Below, piece after piece: positions 10,097 to 20,192 of a stretch of 32,000 bases of DNA (position 1 is the first letter of the stretch; every line of letters begins with the position of its first letter). A program made the position numbers and the translations under genes. The notes under the pieces were generated by a model, which saw only the letters and a program-made list of their open reading frames with translations, made no database searches and was not told the origin of the DNA. The stretch spans positions 2,370,001 through 2,402,000 of the forward strand of contig NC_014148.1 of assembly GCF_000092105.1 (NCBI RefSeq). The letters run 5' to 3'. The stretch is from Planctopirus limnophila DSM 3776. GTDB lineage: Bacteria > Planctomycetota > Planctomycetia > Planctomycetales > Planctomycetaceae.

Positions 10097-10894
10097 TTAT
10101 GGTGAGATCATTTGCCAGAGGATGGCCGTCATCCCCATGAGCGCACAATAGATGGCGAAGTATCCGAGGCGATTGGCCTGAATCATTCGGAGCAGGAATT
10201 CGAGTGAAAGCACACCGACAAGAAAGCTGACGACTATCCCGGTGGTTAACAGATCCCAGCGAACGGGAACGTTGCTATCGAGGAGAACTTCTTTCAATTT
10301 TAAAGTCCCCGCACCGCCAATAGCAATGATGGCCAGCAGAAACGAAAAGCGAGCCGCCGAAGTTCGATCCATCCCCGCAATCAGCCCGCCGCAGATCGTG
10401 CTCCCGGCACGAGAGATTCCTGGGAAAATGGCAGCAAAGCCTTGAAACAAGCCCACAATCAGCGCGACCGGAAAAGGGAGATTCGACAGATCAAACCGGC
10501 AGCGTTCAACCTGCTGAGCGACCAGCAAAAGGATTGAAGTCATAATCAGACAAAATCCGACGGTCATTCGATTCGAGAAGTATTCCGTACGAAAATCGCC
10601 CAGAAAAACTCCCGCCAGACCAGCAGGTATTGACCCGATGAATAGTAATGCCAGTAGTCTCGGCTGAAACAGCATACGAAGCAGGTCGTGGCGGTAAACC
10701 ACGACAATCGAGCCCAGCGTCCCCACATGCAGTGCGATATCCAGCGTGATGTCATCCCAGGCAAAGGCCGGGGTGATTCCCATTTGAGCAATGGCATGCT
10801 TGGCCAGAACGAGATGCCCCGAGGAACTGACTGGTAGAAATTCGGCAATCCCCTGCAGGACTGCCAGAAGTATCACTTGAATATACTCCGACAC
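10097..10894 (-). CDS. uppP: Undecaprenyl-diphosphate phosphatase (UppP/BacA)
   Basis: 265-aa polytopic membrane protein. It has the hallmark N-terminal UppP motif LQGIAEFLPVSSSGHLVL and the PGISRAGSTI(C)GG motif. GTG start at 10894. It is convergent with the giant gene across a 26-nt gap. Confidence 0.93.
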   Translation of the reverse strand: MSEYIQVILLAVLQGIAEFLPVSSSGHLVLAKHAIAQMGITPAFAWDDITLDIALHVGTLGSIVVVYRHDLLRMLFQPRLLALLFIGSIPAGLAGVFLGDFRTEYFSNRMTVGFCLIMTSILLLVAQQVERCRFDLSNLPFPVALIVGLFQGFAAIFPGISRAGSTICGGLIAGMDRTSAARFSFLLAIIAIGGAGTLKLKEVLLDSNVPVRWDLLTTGIVVSFLVGVLSLEFLLRMIQANRLGYFAIYCALMGMTAILWQMISP

Positions 10895-11125
10895 TCTTGG
10901 CTCCCGTTGACCTGAAGAACTCTGAACGCTATGACGCTTTCAGTAAAGATCCGTCGTTAAGTGGTTCCTGTAGAACTGGTACAGAAACCTTGCAGAATCA
11001 CTAACAGTGCGAGATCATGCCGCAGGAGAGACTTATCCGGGATTGCTGATCACAGGTCGAGAGCAAAAAGAATTCTGAAGAGTGTGAATCCGTGCGGCAA
11101 TTCCATTGGCAGGGAGGCTGAAACA

Positions 11126-11440
11126 GTGAGCGATCAACCCTCAGAATTGCGCGGTTCACCAACTGCACAGACGATGGCCCACTGGCTCGCGCCGCTTCTC
11201 AAAAAGTGGCTCCCTCATCTGGTAGCGGCACAACTGATTCTGCTGCTCTTCACCAAAATTGCAGGGATCGTGGCAGTTGTCTGCTGGTTATGCGAACTCA
11301 TGCCTGTGGTATGGGGATTGGCTGGACTGCTGATCGTGCTGGTCATCAGTACGGGAAGCCTGTTCTTTGCGATTGTATTGAGCCTGGCGATGCTGGAGAT
11401 TCTGCGGAGTGATTCTGCAGGCCGAGGCACATCTGCCTGA
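11126..11440 (+). CDS. Small hypothetical membrane protein (~104 aa)
   Basis: The track ORF starts at GTG 10961, but its first ~55 codons are Arg/Cys-rich and unconvincing. GTG at 11126 is preceded by AGGGAGG about 8 nt upstream (11111-11117). An alternative ATG lies at 11174. The C-terminal two thirds is hydrophobic (LVAAQLILLLFTKIAGIVAVVCWL, VVWGLAGLLIVLVISTGSLFFAIVLSLAML). No homology recognised. Confidence 0.4.
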   Translation: MSDQPSELRGSPTAQTMAHWLAPLLKKWLPHLVAAQLILLLFTKIAGIVAVVCWLCELMPVVWGLAGLLIVLVISTGSLFFAIVLSLAMLEILRSDSAGRGTSA

Positions 11441-11499
11441 GAAGGCCAGCATCCTGACACGCGAGTTTTGACAGTCACCTGACAAACTCTCAGAGCTGG

Positions 11500-12795
11500 C
11501 TAAAGCGGGACAGGAAGCATGAGCAGCGGGTGTTCAAAGAGCACCTGACGACCATTCACACCAATCGCAGGTGCAAAGAAGAGCAGAAACACATAAACAC
11601 TGAGGGCAGCCAGCAGCAGGAGTGACCAGAGCCAGCGCCATAAAATGAAGGCCGGCTTTTCGAGCCGCATTGATCGTGAGTAAGCGAGCCCCAGGAGAAT
11701 TCTCGCTGGATAAACAGTGACGATAAAGATCAGCGAGAACATCCACAGCAGATCACCCGGGGGGGCAAACGTTTTGAAAAGATAGAGCGGTAAGGAAAGT
11801 GCATAACCGAGAACCATGGCTAATGACCAGCACATGGGTGTACGAGCAAAGAGCCTGCGGGCAGCCTGGAGTTGAAACATGGAGCGCCAGTGACGTTCCA
11901 CTGCAAGTCGGCACTGCAGTAAAGGGAGCCAAGACAAAACGATCACGAGAAGCACACCACCGATCAGTGTCAGCAAGACCTGACCTGGCTGCTGACGATC
12001 ATTGAGCGCAGCGAACATCACTGTGGGTATCAACAGCCAGAGACCCGTTCCGAGGAGTGCCGTAAATCCAGTGCGCCACTGTTGGCCCAGTTGCATGGCA
12101 GAGAAAAATTCTCGAATGGCTGAGGATGATCGCGCCCAGTGATCCCGCGAAAAGGCCCGAGTGATCAACCATACAAAATTCTTGACTGGTCGAAAAAAAG
12201 TGACGATATGCCCGCCCCGAGCAATGGCCAGGAGAGCGTGGATGGTGAGGGTGACGGTCAGTACGCGCAACGCGAATGAGAAGACTCGATCTTTCTGACC
12301 ACCAGGTGCGATCAGATGGGCATCTGCAGCGACATCGGAAAGAATGACCAGTGGCAGAAGACAGAGCGAAAGGCCCAGAACAATCATGCCAAACCGCGGA
12401 GCGATGGCCATGAGTGGAAGCGCATAGCGGAGCTTTCCAGTCCGTGCGACACGACCTTCAGCTTCCAGGAGATACCCCAGCGCAAAGACATTCACAATTG
12501 GAATCGCGGCGAGGATCGAGAGCATTAGCAGCAGGCTGGTCAGTCCAAACATCAGCCGCATCAACCACATCAGGCAACGAATCGGGTGCCGCCATGGGAC
12601 AGGAAATGGTTCCCAATCGTGAAAACTAAAGATTTCTTGCTGAGGCGAGAAATCCTGAATGACAAGCGAAGCGTGGCTAACTGTCTCTAAGTCTGCTGGA
12701 TCGGGAGTATCTTTGTTCTGGACGGAACATTCGTCGTCGGGACGGAGTGCTCTGTTGGCAGCCTTTATCGTTGTGGTGGCTCCAGAAGTGGCCAT
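11500..12795 (-). CDS. Polytopic integral membrane protein, unknown function (possibly DUF4013-like; not verified)
   Basis: 431-aa ORF with an ATG at 12795. Many hydrophobic helices follow a ~70-aa polar N-terminus. The segment IPIVNVFALGYLLEAEGRVARTG resembles DUF4013-type proteins from memory only. No catalytic motif. Confidence 0.7.
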   Translation of the reverse strand: MATSGATTTIKAANRALRPDDECSVQNKDTPDPADLETVSHASLVIQDFSPQQEIFSFHDWEPFPVPWRHPIRCLMWLMRLMFGLTSLLLMLSILAAIPIVNVFALGYLLEAEGRVARTGKLRYALPLMAIAPRFGMIVLGLSLCLLPLVILSDVAADAHLIAPGGQKDRVFSFALRVLTVTLTIHALLAIARGGHIVTFFRPVKNFVWLITRAFSRDHWARSSSAIREFFSAMQLGQQWRTGFTALLGTGLWLLIPTVMFAALNDRQQPGQVLLTLIGGVLLVIVLSWLPLLQCRLAVERHWRSMFQLQAARRLFARTPMCWSLAMVLGYALSLPLYLFKTFAPPGDLLWMFSLIFIVTVYPARILLGLAYSRSMRLEKPAFILWRWLWSLLLLAALSVYVFLLFFAPAIGVNGRQVLFEHPLLMLPVPL

Positions 12796-12797
12796 AG

Positions 12798-12818
12798 TTC
12801 TCGGGCTTTTCTCGGGCT
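12798..12818. repeat. Tandem 10-mer TTCTCGGGCT x2 (11-nt period) abutting a start codon
   Basis: Copies at 12798-12807 and 12809-12818. On the minus strand this reads AGCCCGAGAA-A-AGCCCGAGAA-CT-ATG, directly upstream of the 431-aa membrane protein gene. Confidence 0.5.
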
Positions 12819-13045
12819 GAATTCATGCAGGTTCAGATCGTAAAATTCTCGCCAGTCCATCAACCATGAAAAGAACGGTAAATCTCTAGAAGATACCAGA
12901 TTCGAGGACGGTTGGTTTCGCAGATCGAAACTATTTCTGCCGATCTCAGGTATGCTGATCAGTGTTGAAACATGGTTTAATCGACTCAACCGATTGTCCT
13001 TAGATCACCAGGCAACAATTTGACGCGTGTTCGAGAACTGTCGGC

Positions 13046-14734
13046 ATGTCGGGAAAAGTGAGCATGAACACTTCAACCATCGGCACTTCGACAAAGAGGG
13101 CAGAACCATTGCCACGGATCGGAGCACTGAAACTCGTCCTTCCTCTATTCCTGACGACGGCCGGTGTGATCAGTCTCTTCGCCCTGTTGGCACAGATGGG
13201 ACTGGAAGCAGACGGGCAGATGTCGGCGAAGCTCCCGCCAGATTTGCAGAGCTGGAAGGTGAGCGCTGCTGCCGTCGACCAGATTTGGGGCACCTCCAAA
13301 ACTTTGAGTCAAGCGGAACGGGCCGACGATTTGACGATTCTCCGCCGTCTGCATCTGGCACTGGTGGGGACTGTTCCTTCACTGGAAGAGATTCGAGCTT
13401 TTGAGGCCATGGAAAGCCAGGATCGAATCGCCCAATGGACGAATCATCTGCTGATGGATCCGCGTGTAGGTGATTATCTGGCCCAGCGACTCAGCAAAGT
13501 GTTTGTTGGCATCGAAGACGGGCAGTTCATCGTCTTTCGTCGAGATCGATTGAACCAGTGGCTGGCGAATGAGATTCTCGACGATCGACCCTACGACAAA
13601 ATTGTGCAGCAGATGGTCTCCGAGAAAGGGTTGTGGACAGGTCGGCCCGCCGGGAACTTTATCACAGCCGCAGTGACGGGTGAGGAAGTCGATGAAAACA
13701 AACTGGCAGGACGCTCCGCCCGGGCTTTTCTCGGGCAAAGGATGGATTGTGCTCAATGCCACGATCATTTTTTTGCCCAATGGAAACAACACGACTTTGA
13801 GGGACTGGCGGCGTTTTATGCTCCCGTACGGATCTCAGCAGTCGGCCTTGAAGATCAAAAAGACTTTCAATATCAGGTAGATGACTCCAAAGCCGAAGGT
13901 GGCAAACGAACTGTCGATCTCCGGGTTCCCTTTGGTGAGGAGTGGCTGCCTGCACAAGGAACCGAACGTCAGAAACTGGCTTATTGGATCACCCATGAGG
14001 AGAACCGCAGGTTCGACCGGGCGATTGTGAATCGCATGTGGGGCTTGATGTTTGGTAAGCCACTTGTTGAGCCAGTGGATGATCTGCCTGATCCACCCGT
14101 TGAGAGACAAAGTGATCCGCTCGATGTCCTGGCCGATGAATTTCGAACTCATGGCCGATCGTTGCACTGGCTCATTCAAGTCATCGTGCAAACGAAAGCT
14201 TTCCAGCAGGAATCGAAGCATCCCAGTGCCGAAAATGGTGAGAAATTCGACGTAGCGTCGGAGAACTGGGCGATGTATCCACTCACCAGGCTTCGCCCGG
14301 AGCAGATTATTGGCAACATGCTGCAGGCCTGGTCACTCCAGACCATTGATCAGAACTCACATGTCTTCGTGAGGCTGTTCCGCCTGTTTCGGGAGAGAGA
14401 CTTTCTCAAAGAATATGGTGACACGGGCGAAGAGGAACTGGCACTCTTTACGGGGACGATTCCGCAGGCCTTGCTCAGAATGAATGGCGAGTTTTCCCGC
14501 CAGCTCAGCGAGGCCACACCTCTGAGTGCTGCTGGCAGGCTGGCGAGTCTTTCGAATGATCGTGAGGAACTGGTTACCGGGGTTTTTCTGGCATGTCTGA
14601 CAAGGCGGCCCACAGCCGAAGAACTTCAACTGATTGAAGCGATGTGCCAGGCTCACCCGGTTTCAAATGCAACGCTTGCCGAAGATCTGTACTGGACGCT
14701 GTTCAATTCTCCTGAGTTTTCCTGGAATCACTGA
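13046..14734 (+). CDS. DUF1549/DUF1553 (PSD1-type) domain protein, N-terminally membrane-anchored
   Basis: DUF1549-like region DDLTILRRLHLALVGTVPSLEEIRAFEA...LLMDPRVGDYLAQRLSKVF. DUF1553-type Cys/His motif RAFLGQRMDCAQCHDHFFAQWKQHDFEGLAAFY. Typical C-terminal ending LYWTLFNSPEFSWNH. N-terminal hydrophobic anchor LKLVLPLFLTTAGVISLFALLA. ATG at 13046, with an alternative at 13064. Confidence 0.9.
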   Translation: MSGKVSMNTSTIGTSTKRAEPLPRIGALKLVLPLFLTTAGVISLFALLAQMGLEADGQMSAKLPPDLQSWKVSAAAVDQIWGTSKTLSQAERADDLTILRRLHLALVGTVPSLEEIRAFEAMESQDRIAQWTNHLLMDPRVGDYLAQRLSKVFVGIEDGQFIVFRRDRLNQWLANEILDDRPYDKIVQQMVSEKGLWTGRPAGNFITAAVTGEEVDENKLAGRSARAFLGQRMDCAQCHDHFFAQWKQHDFEGLAAFYAPVRISAVGLEDQKDFQYQVDDSKAEGGKRTVDLRVPFGEEWLPAQGTERQKLAYWITHEENRRFDRAIVNRMWGLMFGKPLVEPVDDLPDPPVERQSDPLDVLADEFRTHGRSLHWLIQVIVQTKAFQQESKHPSAENGEKFDVASENWAMYPLTRLRPEQIIGNMLQAWSLQTIDQNSHVFVRLFRLFRERDFLKEYGDTGEEELALFTGTIPQALLRMNGEFSRQLSEATPLSAAGRLASLSNDREELVTGVFLACLTRRPTAEELQLIEAMCQAHPVSNATLAEDLYWTLFNSPEFSWNH

Positions 14735-14814
14735 TCATTTGCCACCTGCGAAAAGATTCCTCGTGCTGGTAACAAATCCCGGCCTTGAACGACGAATCTC
14801 AAAAGGGCTTGAAG

Positions 14815-16083
14815 ATGTCTGATTCACTCATCAACTGCTGCTGGAATCGACGGGAACTGCTCCAACTACTGACAACGGGAGTCGTTGCGTTCTCAACCAG
14901 CCAGCTCTCTGCACGTGCGGCAGAAGAGCGAGGGCCCCAGCGCAGCAAATCATTGATCACCCTCTGGCTCGCGGGTGGCCCCAGCCAGTTAGAAACCTGG
15001 GATCCTCATCCTGGGACCAGGATCGGTGGCCCGACCAAAGCCATCGACACATCAATTCAAGGGACACAGATCTGTGAGTGGTATCCGCAGACGGCCGAGA
15101 TCTTGAATTCGTTTTGCGTCATCCGATCTGTTGTTTCGAAGGAAGGTGATCACGAGCGAGGTACGTATGTCGTTCGCACTGGCTATCGACCGGAACCGAC
15201 TGTGGTGCATCCTTCACTCGGAAGTATCGTCTATCACGAACTCCCGCGGGGAGGCCTGGAAATCCCCGGGCATGTGAGCCTGGGTGATGGGCAGTTTGCG
15301 ACCAGAGGCGGCTATCTAGGGGAAGAAAGCACGGCTTTTCGCGTTTTCGAGCCTGGGCGAAATCTGACGAACCTTGAAGCTCCTGTCGATCCTGAGCGTC
15401 ATCAGCGGCGACTGGAAACGCTCGGGCAACTTTCAGAGGGATTTCTCAACGGACGGCGCTATCCGATTGCCAATTCGCTGCATCAGAAGACCATCGATTC
15501 TGCTCTCAAAATGATGACTTCGGAACAGCTCAAGGCCTTTTCGATCTCCGATGAACCCGCCGCTGTGTTGGCGGCCTACGGGGATCATCCTTTTGGGCGA
15601 GGTTGTCTTGTGGCCCGGAGATTGATTGAGATGGGCGTTCGCGCGGTCGATGTGACCTTGAACGGCTTTGACACTCACGCGAACAACTTTGGCTTGTCCA
15701 AAGGGAGAGCGGAAATTCTCGATCCGGCACTATCGACTCTGGTGACAGACCTCAAGTCGCGCGATCTGTGGGATTCGACAGTTGTCCTTGTCTGTGGAGA
15801 GTTCGGGCGGACTCCTCAAATCAATCCTTTGGATGGCCGCGACCATTGGCCCCATGGATTTTCTATTCTGCTGGGTGGCGGCGGACTGGCGTCTGGACGG
15901 GTCATCGGCGCGACCGATCCACAAGGGGTCAAATCACCAGAAAATCCCATCGAAATTCCGCAGATTATGGCCAGTATTCTGCAAGTGTTAGGAATCGACT
16001 TCCAAAAGGAGATTTTCACTCCCATTGGACGGCCGATCCGGCTCACCAGCGGCCAGCCACTGGCGGCACTTTTCAAGGCATAA
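14815..16083 (+). CDS. DUF1501 domain protein (sulfatase-like fold), Tat-type signal
   Basis: The track ORF starts at TTG 14785, but the ATG at 14815 (MSDSLINCCWNRRELLQLLTTG...) gives a twin-Arg-like leader. DUF1501 hallmarks are present: WLAGGPSQLETWDPHPG and GEFGRTPQINPLDGRDHWPHGFSILLGGGGLASGRVIGATD. It sits immediately downstream of its usual DUF1549/1553 partner. Confidence 0.9.
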   Translation: MSDSLINCCWNRRELLQLLTTGVVAFSTSQLSARAAEERGPQRSKSLITLWLAGGPSQLETWDPHPGTRIGGPTKAIDTSIQGTQICEWYPQTAEILNSFCVIRSVVSKEGDHERGTYVVRTGYRPEPTVVHPSLGSIVYHELPRGGLEIPGHVSLGDGQFATRGGYLGEESTAFRVFEPGRNLTNLEAPVDPERHQRRLETLGQLSEGFLNGRRYPIANSLHQKTIDSALKMMTSEQLKAFSISDEPAAVLAAYGDHPFGRGCLVARRLIEMGVRAVDVTLNGFDTHANNFGLSKGRAEILDPALSTLVTDLKSRDLWDSTVVLVCGEFGRTPQINPLDGRDHWPHGFSILLGGGGLASGRVIGATDPQGVKSPENPIEIPQIMASILQVLGIDFQKEIFTPIGRPIRLTSGQPLAALFKA

Positions 16084-16151
16084 ACGATCAGAAATCAGTA
16101 AAGCGTGGGACTCACTTTTGAGCGTGAGCAGACTCCGCTACACTTCAGGTT

Positions 16152-17045
16152 ATGAAGAGCGATCTCCCCACTTTATCTGCACCTGCCACGCCACTCTTTG
16201 ACACTCTGGTCGTCTATGGAGTGGGGCTTTTGGGTGGATCGGTCGCTTTGGCAGCAAAATCCCGCCATGTCGCCCGGCACATTGTTGGCATGGGGCGTCA
16301 TGTCGAACGCCTGGCGGCCGCACAGCAAGCCGGCGTGATTGACTCGTATTGTATAGACCCTGCGCAGATCCCACCCCAGACAGATCTGTTTGTGGCAGCG
16401 GCCCCAGTGGATCGAATTGCCGGAGTGATTCGAGAAGTGATTCCAGCACTCCCTGCGAATTGCCTCGTGACAGATGTCGGCAGCACAAAAGTCGAACTCG
16501 CCACCAGCCTGGCCGATCTGACTGGAGAGCAGGGAACGATTCCCTTTGTGGGTTCACATCCCATTGCCGGAGGCGATAAAGCAGGATTCGAGCATGCCTC
16601 CAGTGATCTCTTTATGGGCCGCACTTGCGTGATCTGTCCGGATCACGTCGTTGAATCGGCTGTTTTGAAAACCGAACGATTCTGGCAAGCCTTAGGGATG
16701 CAGACGGTCCGGATGTCGGCACAAGAACACGATGAAGCCCTGGCCACAACAAGTCATTTGCCACATGTGGCTGCTGCAGCACTGGCGGGAATTTTGCCGG
16801 ATGAGTGGCAAATTGTGACAGGGACTGGTTTTCGCGATACTTCCCGAGTAGCCATGGGCCCCTCGGAACTTTGGGTCTCAATTCTGGAGTCGAACCGCGA
16901 ACCGGTGGTGCAAAGCCTGGAAAGACTCAAAGATCAACTGGGGGCCTTCGTCGAGGCACTGAAGACAAACGATTCAAAAAATCTGCTTGAACTTCTGCAG
17001 GCTGGGGAAATCAGACGCAAGCAGCTCGATATTGATGAAAGCTGA
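16152..17045 (+). CDS. tyrA: Prephenate (arogenate) dehydrogenase
   Basis: Rossmann motif VVYGVGLLGGSVALA near the N-terminus. Catalytic-core motif GSHPIAGGDKAGFEHASSDLFMG...C(V)ICP and the SHLPHVAAAAL helix are typical of TyrA-family enzymes. ATG at 16152. Confidence 0.88.
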   Translation: MKSDLPTLSAPATPLFDTLVVYGVGLLGGSVALAAKSRHVARHIVGMGRHVERLAAAQQAGVIDSYCIDPAQIPPQTDLFVAAAPVDRIAGVIREVIPALPANCLVTDVGSTKVELATSLADLTGEQGTIPFVGSHPIAGGDKAGFEHASSDLFMGRTCVICPDHVVESAVLKTERFWQALGMQTVRMSAQEHDEALATTSHLPHVAAAALAGILPDEWQIVTGTGFRDTSRVAMGPSELWVSILESNREPVVQSLERLKDQLGAFVEALKTNDSKNLLELLQAGEIRRKQLDIDES

Positions 17046-17092
17046 ATAAACACAGGCATTTCCCCATCATCAAACGGGAAATGATGGAATAG

Positions 17093-17104
17093 AAACCATG
17101 GTTT
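17093..17104. promoter_or_regulatory. 12-bp perfect palindrome AAACCATGGTTT in the purL leader (candidate operator)
   Basis: Read directly from the sequence, 52 nt upstream of the purL ATG. Its AAAC/GTTT half-sites are loosely reminiscent of LacI/PurR-type boxes, but the spacing differs. Confidence 0.2.
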
Positions 17105-17110
17105 TCGTGA

Positions 17111-17125
17111 GGCCAGCCTCTGGCC
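17111..17125 (+). other. Short GC hairpin GGCCAG-CCT-CTGGCC in the tyrA-purL intergenic region
   Basis: 6-bp stem with a 3-nt loop and no U-tract. An alternative hairpin lies upstream at 17058-17082 (ATTTCCC...GGGAAAT). Confidence 0.2.
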
Positions 17126-17155
17126 CGCGAGTGACAACGATAAGGGTGACGGAAC

Positions 17156-20056
17156 ATGCTTTGGGAAGTTGAGATTCTCTCCCGTCCGGAACAGATTGAC
17201 CGGGAAGGCCAGCGAATTCTGGGGGAGGCTCGCTTACTGGGCCTCAACTCGGTTCAAACGGTACGAGCGGGTCGCTCGTTTTTGCTGGAAGGTCAGATTG
17301 ACGAAGCCGTCATCCTGAAAGCCATGCAGTTCTTGCTGGTCGATGAAGTTGTGGAAATCGCACGTGTGCGAAAGCCCGCCGAAGTCGATGCCAATGACGA
17401 TTCAACGGCCACTGGGCAGCTTTTCAACGTGCTCTACAAACCTGGTGTGACGGACAATACAGCACTCAGCACCCGGCGGGCACTTCAGCAGGCCGGGATT
17501 GCGATTGAGGAAGTGGCTACCTGCCGCAAATACTGGTTTGATCGTCAAGCTCAGTCGAATCAGATCAACGTATTGGCACAGCGGGTGTTGGGGAATGACG
17601 CCATCGAGCGGATTGTGCGGGGCCCGCTGCAGATGACGACATTAAGCTTCGGGCATACCTATCAACTGGAGCTCAAACATGTGCCCATTCGCGAACTGGA
17701 TGATCAGGCACTGATGAAGCTCAGCAAGGAAGGCCAGTTATATCTGAGCCTCGCCGAGATGCAGACGATCCAGAAGCACTTTCGGGATCTGCAGCGCGAC
17801 CCGACCGATATCGAGCTGGAAACGGTCGCTCAGACATGGAGCGAGCACTGTTCTCATAAGACGCTCGGCGGACGGATTCGTTACTCCGATGAACACGGCA
17901 CTCGTCAATTTGGCAACATGCTGAAGGAAACGATTTTCGCTGCCACCCAGCAACTGCGCAAAGAATGGGGCAAAGATGACTGGTGCGTGAGTGTCTTCAA
18001 GGATAACGCGGGGATTGTCACCTTCGAAGAAGGTGAAAACGTCTGTATCAAAGTGGAAACGCATAACCACCCCTCCGCCATTGAGCCTTACGGCGGTGCC
18101 AATACCGGCATTGGTGGTGTGGTGCGTGATCCGCTGGGGACGGGCCTGGGTGCGAAGCCTGTCTGCAATACAAACGTCTTCTGCTTTGCGCCGCCGGATA
18201 CTCCGCACGAAACGCTTCCTCCCGGCGTGCTGCATCCGCGGCAAGTCGCCTTGGGTGTTGTGGCTGGGGTGCGCGATTACGGCAACCGCATGGGGATCCC
18301 GACGGTCAACGGAGCCGTCTTCTTCGATGAACGGTATCTGGGCAACCCGCTGGTTTATTGCGGCACGGTCGCCATGATCCCTGCCAACCGGTGCGAAAAG
18401 AAAGTTTCGCCCGGTGAATTGATTGTCGCACTGGGTGGACGCACTGGGCGCGATGGAATTCATGGGGCGACGTTCTCTTCTGCCGAGTTAACGCAGGAGA
18501 GCGAAACGATCTCGGGCGGTGCGGTGCAGATTGGGAATGCTGTCACAGAGAAAATGTTGATGGATGTACTGCTGGTGGCTCGCGATCGCGGGCTGTACTC
18601 AGCCGTTACCGATTGCGGGGCTGGCGGATTCAGCAGTGCAGTCGGCGAAATGGGCGAAGAGACCGGCGCTGTGGTGTGGTTGGAAAAAGCACCGCTGAAG
18701 TACGCTGGTCTCACCTACACAGAGATCTGGATTTCGGAAGCTCAGGAACGCATGGTGCTGGCCGTACCTCCTGAGAACTGGGATGAATTCCACGCTTTGT
18801 GTGCTTCGGAAGGTGTCGAAGCGACGGCGATTGGGCAATTCACGGATGATCATAAGCTGACGCTGACTTACGATGGAAAGCCTGTGGGAGAGCTTTCGAT
18901 GGAGTTCCTCCACGATGGCCGCCCGCCTGTGATTCGGGAAGCGACCTATTCGCCCAAGACAGACGGCTCGAAGGCCACGTTTGCTCCTAAAACAGACTAC
19001 ACCGACGATGTCCACAAGATCCTCTCCTCGCTGAATGTTTGCAGCAAAGAATGGATCATCCGGCAATACGACCACGAAGTGCAGGCCGGAAGTGTCGTTA
19101 AGCCACTGGTGGGTGTGATGTGCGATGGACCTTCGGACGCCGCCGTCATCCAGCCCATTCTCTCTTCGAAACGCGGGCTCGTCATTTCGAATGGAATGAA
19201 TCCGCATTACGGCGATCATGATCCCTACTGGATGGCATTTGCGGCTATCGATGAAGCCTTGAGAAATTGTGTGGCCTGCGGTGCTGATCCGTCGAAGATT
19301 GCCATTCTCGACAACTTCTGCTGGGGAAATACCGAACGGCCGGAAACGCTCGGTTCGCTCGTGCGGGCAGCTCTGGGTTGCCACGATGCGGCTCTGGTTT
19401 ACAAAACGCCATTTATCAGTGGAAAAGACAGCTTGAATAATGAGTTCAGCTACGTTGACGAGCAGGGCGTGAAACAAACCGTGGCAATTCCTTCATCACT
19501 ATTGATCTCGGCACTTGGGCAGATTACTGATGTTCGCAGGGCGATCACGATGGATCTCAAGAGTGTCGGCCATGTGCTGTATCTGATTGGTGAAACTCGT
19601 AACGAGTTTGGTGGCAGCCATTATGCACTGGTCAACGATTTGTCTGGTGGCAGTGTGCCGAGAGTCAACAGGGAACTGGCGCCACGAGTGCTGGCACGGA
19701 CTCATCAATTGATTGCCCAAGGACTCGTGCGAAGCTGTCACGACTTGAGTGAAGGGGGCCTGGCGGTGGCACTGGCAGAGATGGCGTTTGCCGGCGAACT
19801 GGGGATTGATATCGATCTTGGTGATGCCGATGCGACGACAATACTCTTCTCGGAATCGACGACGCGCTTTGTGGTCGAAGTGAAGCCAGATGATGAGGCA
19901 CGCCTTCGAGAAGTGCTGGCCGGTGTGCCGCATCAGAAACTGGGTGTGGTGACAGAGACCGGCCGTGTGGAGATCAGTGGTCAGGGGAAAAAGCTTGTCA
20001 GTGCCGCGAACGAAGAGTTCAAACAAAGCTGGCAGGCCCCATTGGCCTGGAGCTAA
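17156..20056 (+). CDS. purL: Phosphoribosylformylglycinamidine (FGAM) synthase, PurL with an N-terminal PurS-like domain
   Basis: PurL signature [19 protein letters not shown], followed by [26 protein letters not shown] and a duplicated AIR-synthase-like core ([16 protein letters not shown]; [10 protein letters not shown]). The first ~80 aa ([44 protein letters not shown]...LLVDEVVE) read like PurS. No glutaminase domain. ATG at 17156 follows AAGGGTGA. Confidence 0.95.
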   Translation: MLWEVEILSRPEQIDREGQRILGEARLLGLNSVQTVRAGRSFLLEGQIDEAVILKAMQFLLVDEVVEIARVRKPAEVDANDDSTATGQLFNVLYKPGVTDNTALSTRRALQQAGIAIEEVATCRKYWFDRQAQSNQINVLAQRVLGNDAIERIVRGPLQMTTLSFGHTYQLELKHVPIRELDDQALMKLSKEGQLYLSLAEMQTIQKHFRDLQRDPTDIELETVAQTWSEHCSHKTLGGRIRYSDEHGTRQFGNMLKETIFAATQQLRKEWGKDDWCVSVFKDNAGIVTFEEGENVCIKVETHNHPSAIEPYGGANTGIGGVVRDPLGTGLGAKPVCNTNVFCFAPPDTPHETLPPGVLHPRQVALGVVAGVRDYGNRMGIPTVNGAVFFDERYLGNPLVYCGTVAMIPANRCEKKVSPGELIVALGGRTGRDGIHGATFSSAELTQESETISGGAVQIGNAVTEKMLMDVLLVARDRGLYSAVTDCGAGGFSSAVGEMGEETGAVVWLEKAPLKYAGLTYTEIWISEAQERMVLAVPPENWDEFHALCASEGVEATAIGQFTDDHKLTLTYDGKPVGELSMEFLHDGRPPVIREATYSPKTDGSKATFAPKTDYTDDVHKILSSLNVCSKEWIIRQYDHEVQAGSVVKPLVGVMCDGPSDAAVIQPILSSKRGLVISNGMNPHYGDHDPYWMAFAAIDEALRNCVACGADPSKIAILDNFCWGNTERPETLGSLVRAALGCHDAALVYKTPFISGKDSLNNEFSYVDEQGVKQTVAIPSSLLISALGQITDVRRAITMDLKSVGHVLYLIGETRNEFGGSHYALVNDLSGGSVPRVNRELAPRVLARTHQLIAQGLVRSCHDLSEGGLAVALAEMAFAGELGIDIDLGDADATTILFSESTTRFVVEVKPDDEARLREVLAGVPHQKLGVVTETGRVEISGQGKKLVSAANEEFKQSWQAPLAWS

Positions 20057-20192
20057 GCTAAAACACGCGGTGCACTCTCTATACCGGGAGTTTGTGAAGA
20101 AGAAAGCAGAAATGACGGGGGATGAAGCTTTGCTAACTTGGTGACGAATCGATGTCTTTGTCGTTATGTCATGTGAAATCGGGCACCCGAAT

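Noticed and set aside
10961-11125. Upstream extension of the small membrane-protein ORF (track start GTG 10961)
   Set aside because: The extension is Arg/Cys/Ser-rich and lacks an RBS. The GTG at 11126 has a strong AGGGAGG upstream, and the hydrophobic body starts after it.
17046-17155. Possible purine/ZTP-type riboswitch upstream of purL
   Set aside because: I could not find the conserved ZTP (pfl) elements (such as the CCGCCUGGGC-type 3' pseudoknot strand) or purine-riboswitch loop motifs. Only generic short hairpins are present.
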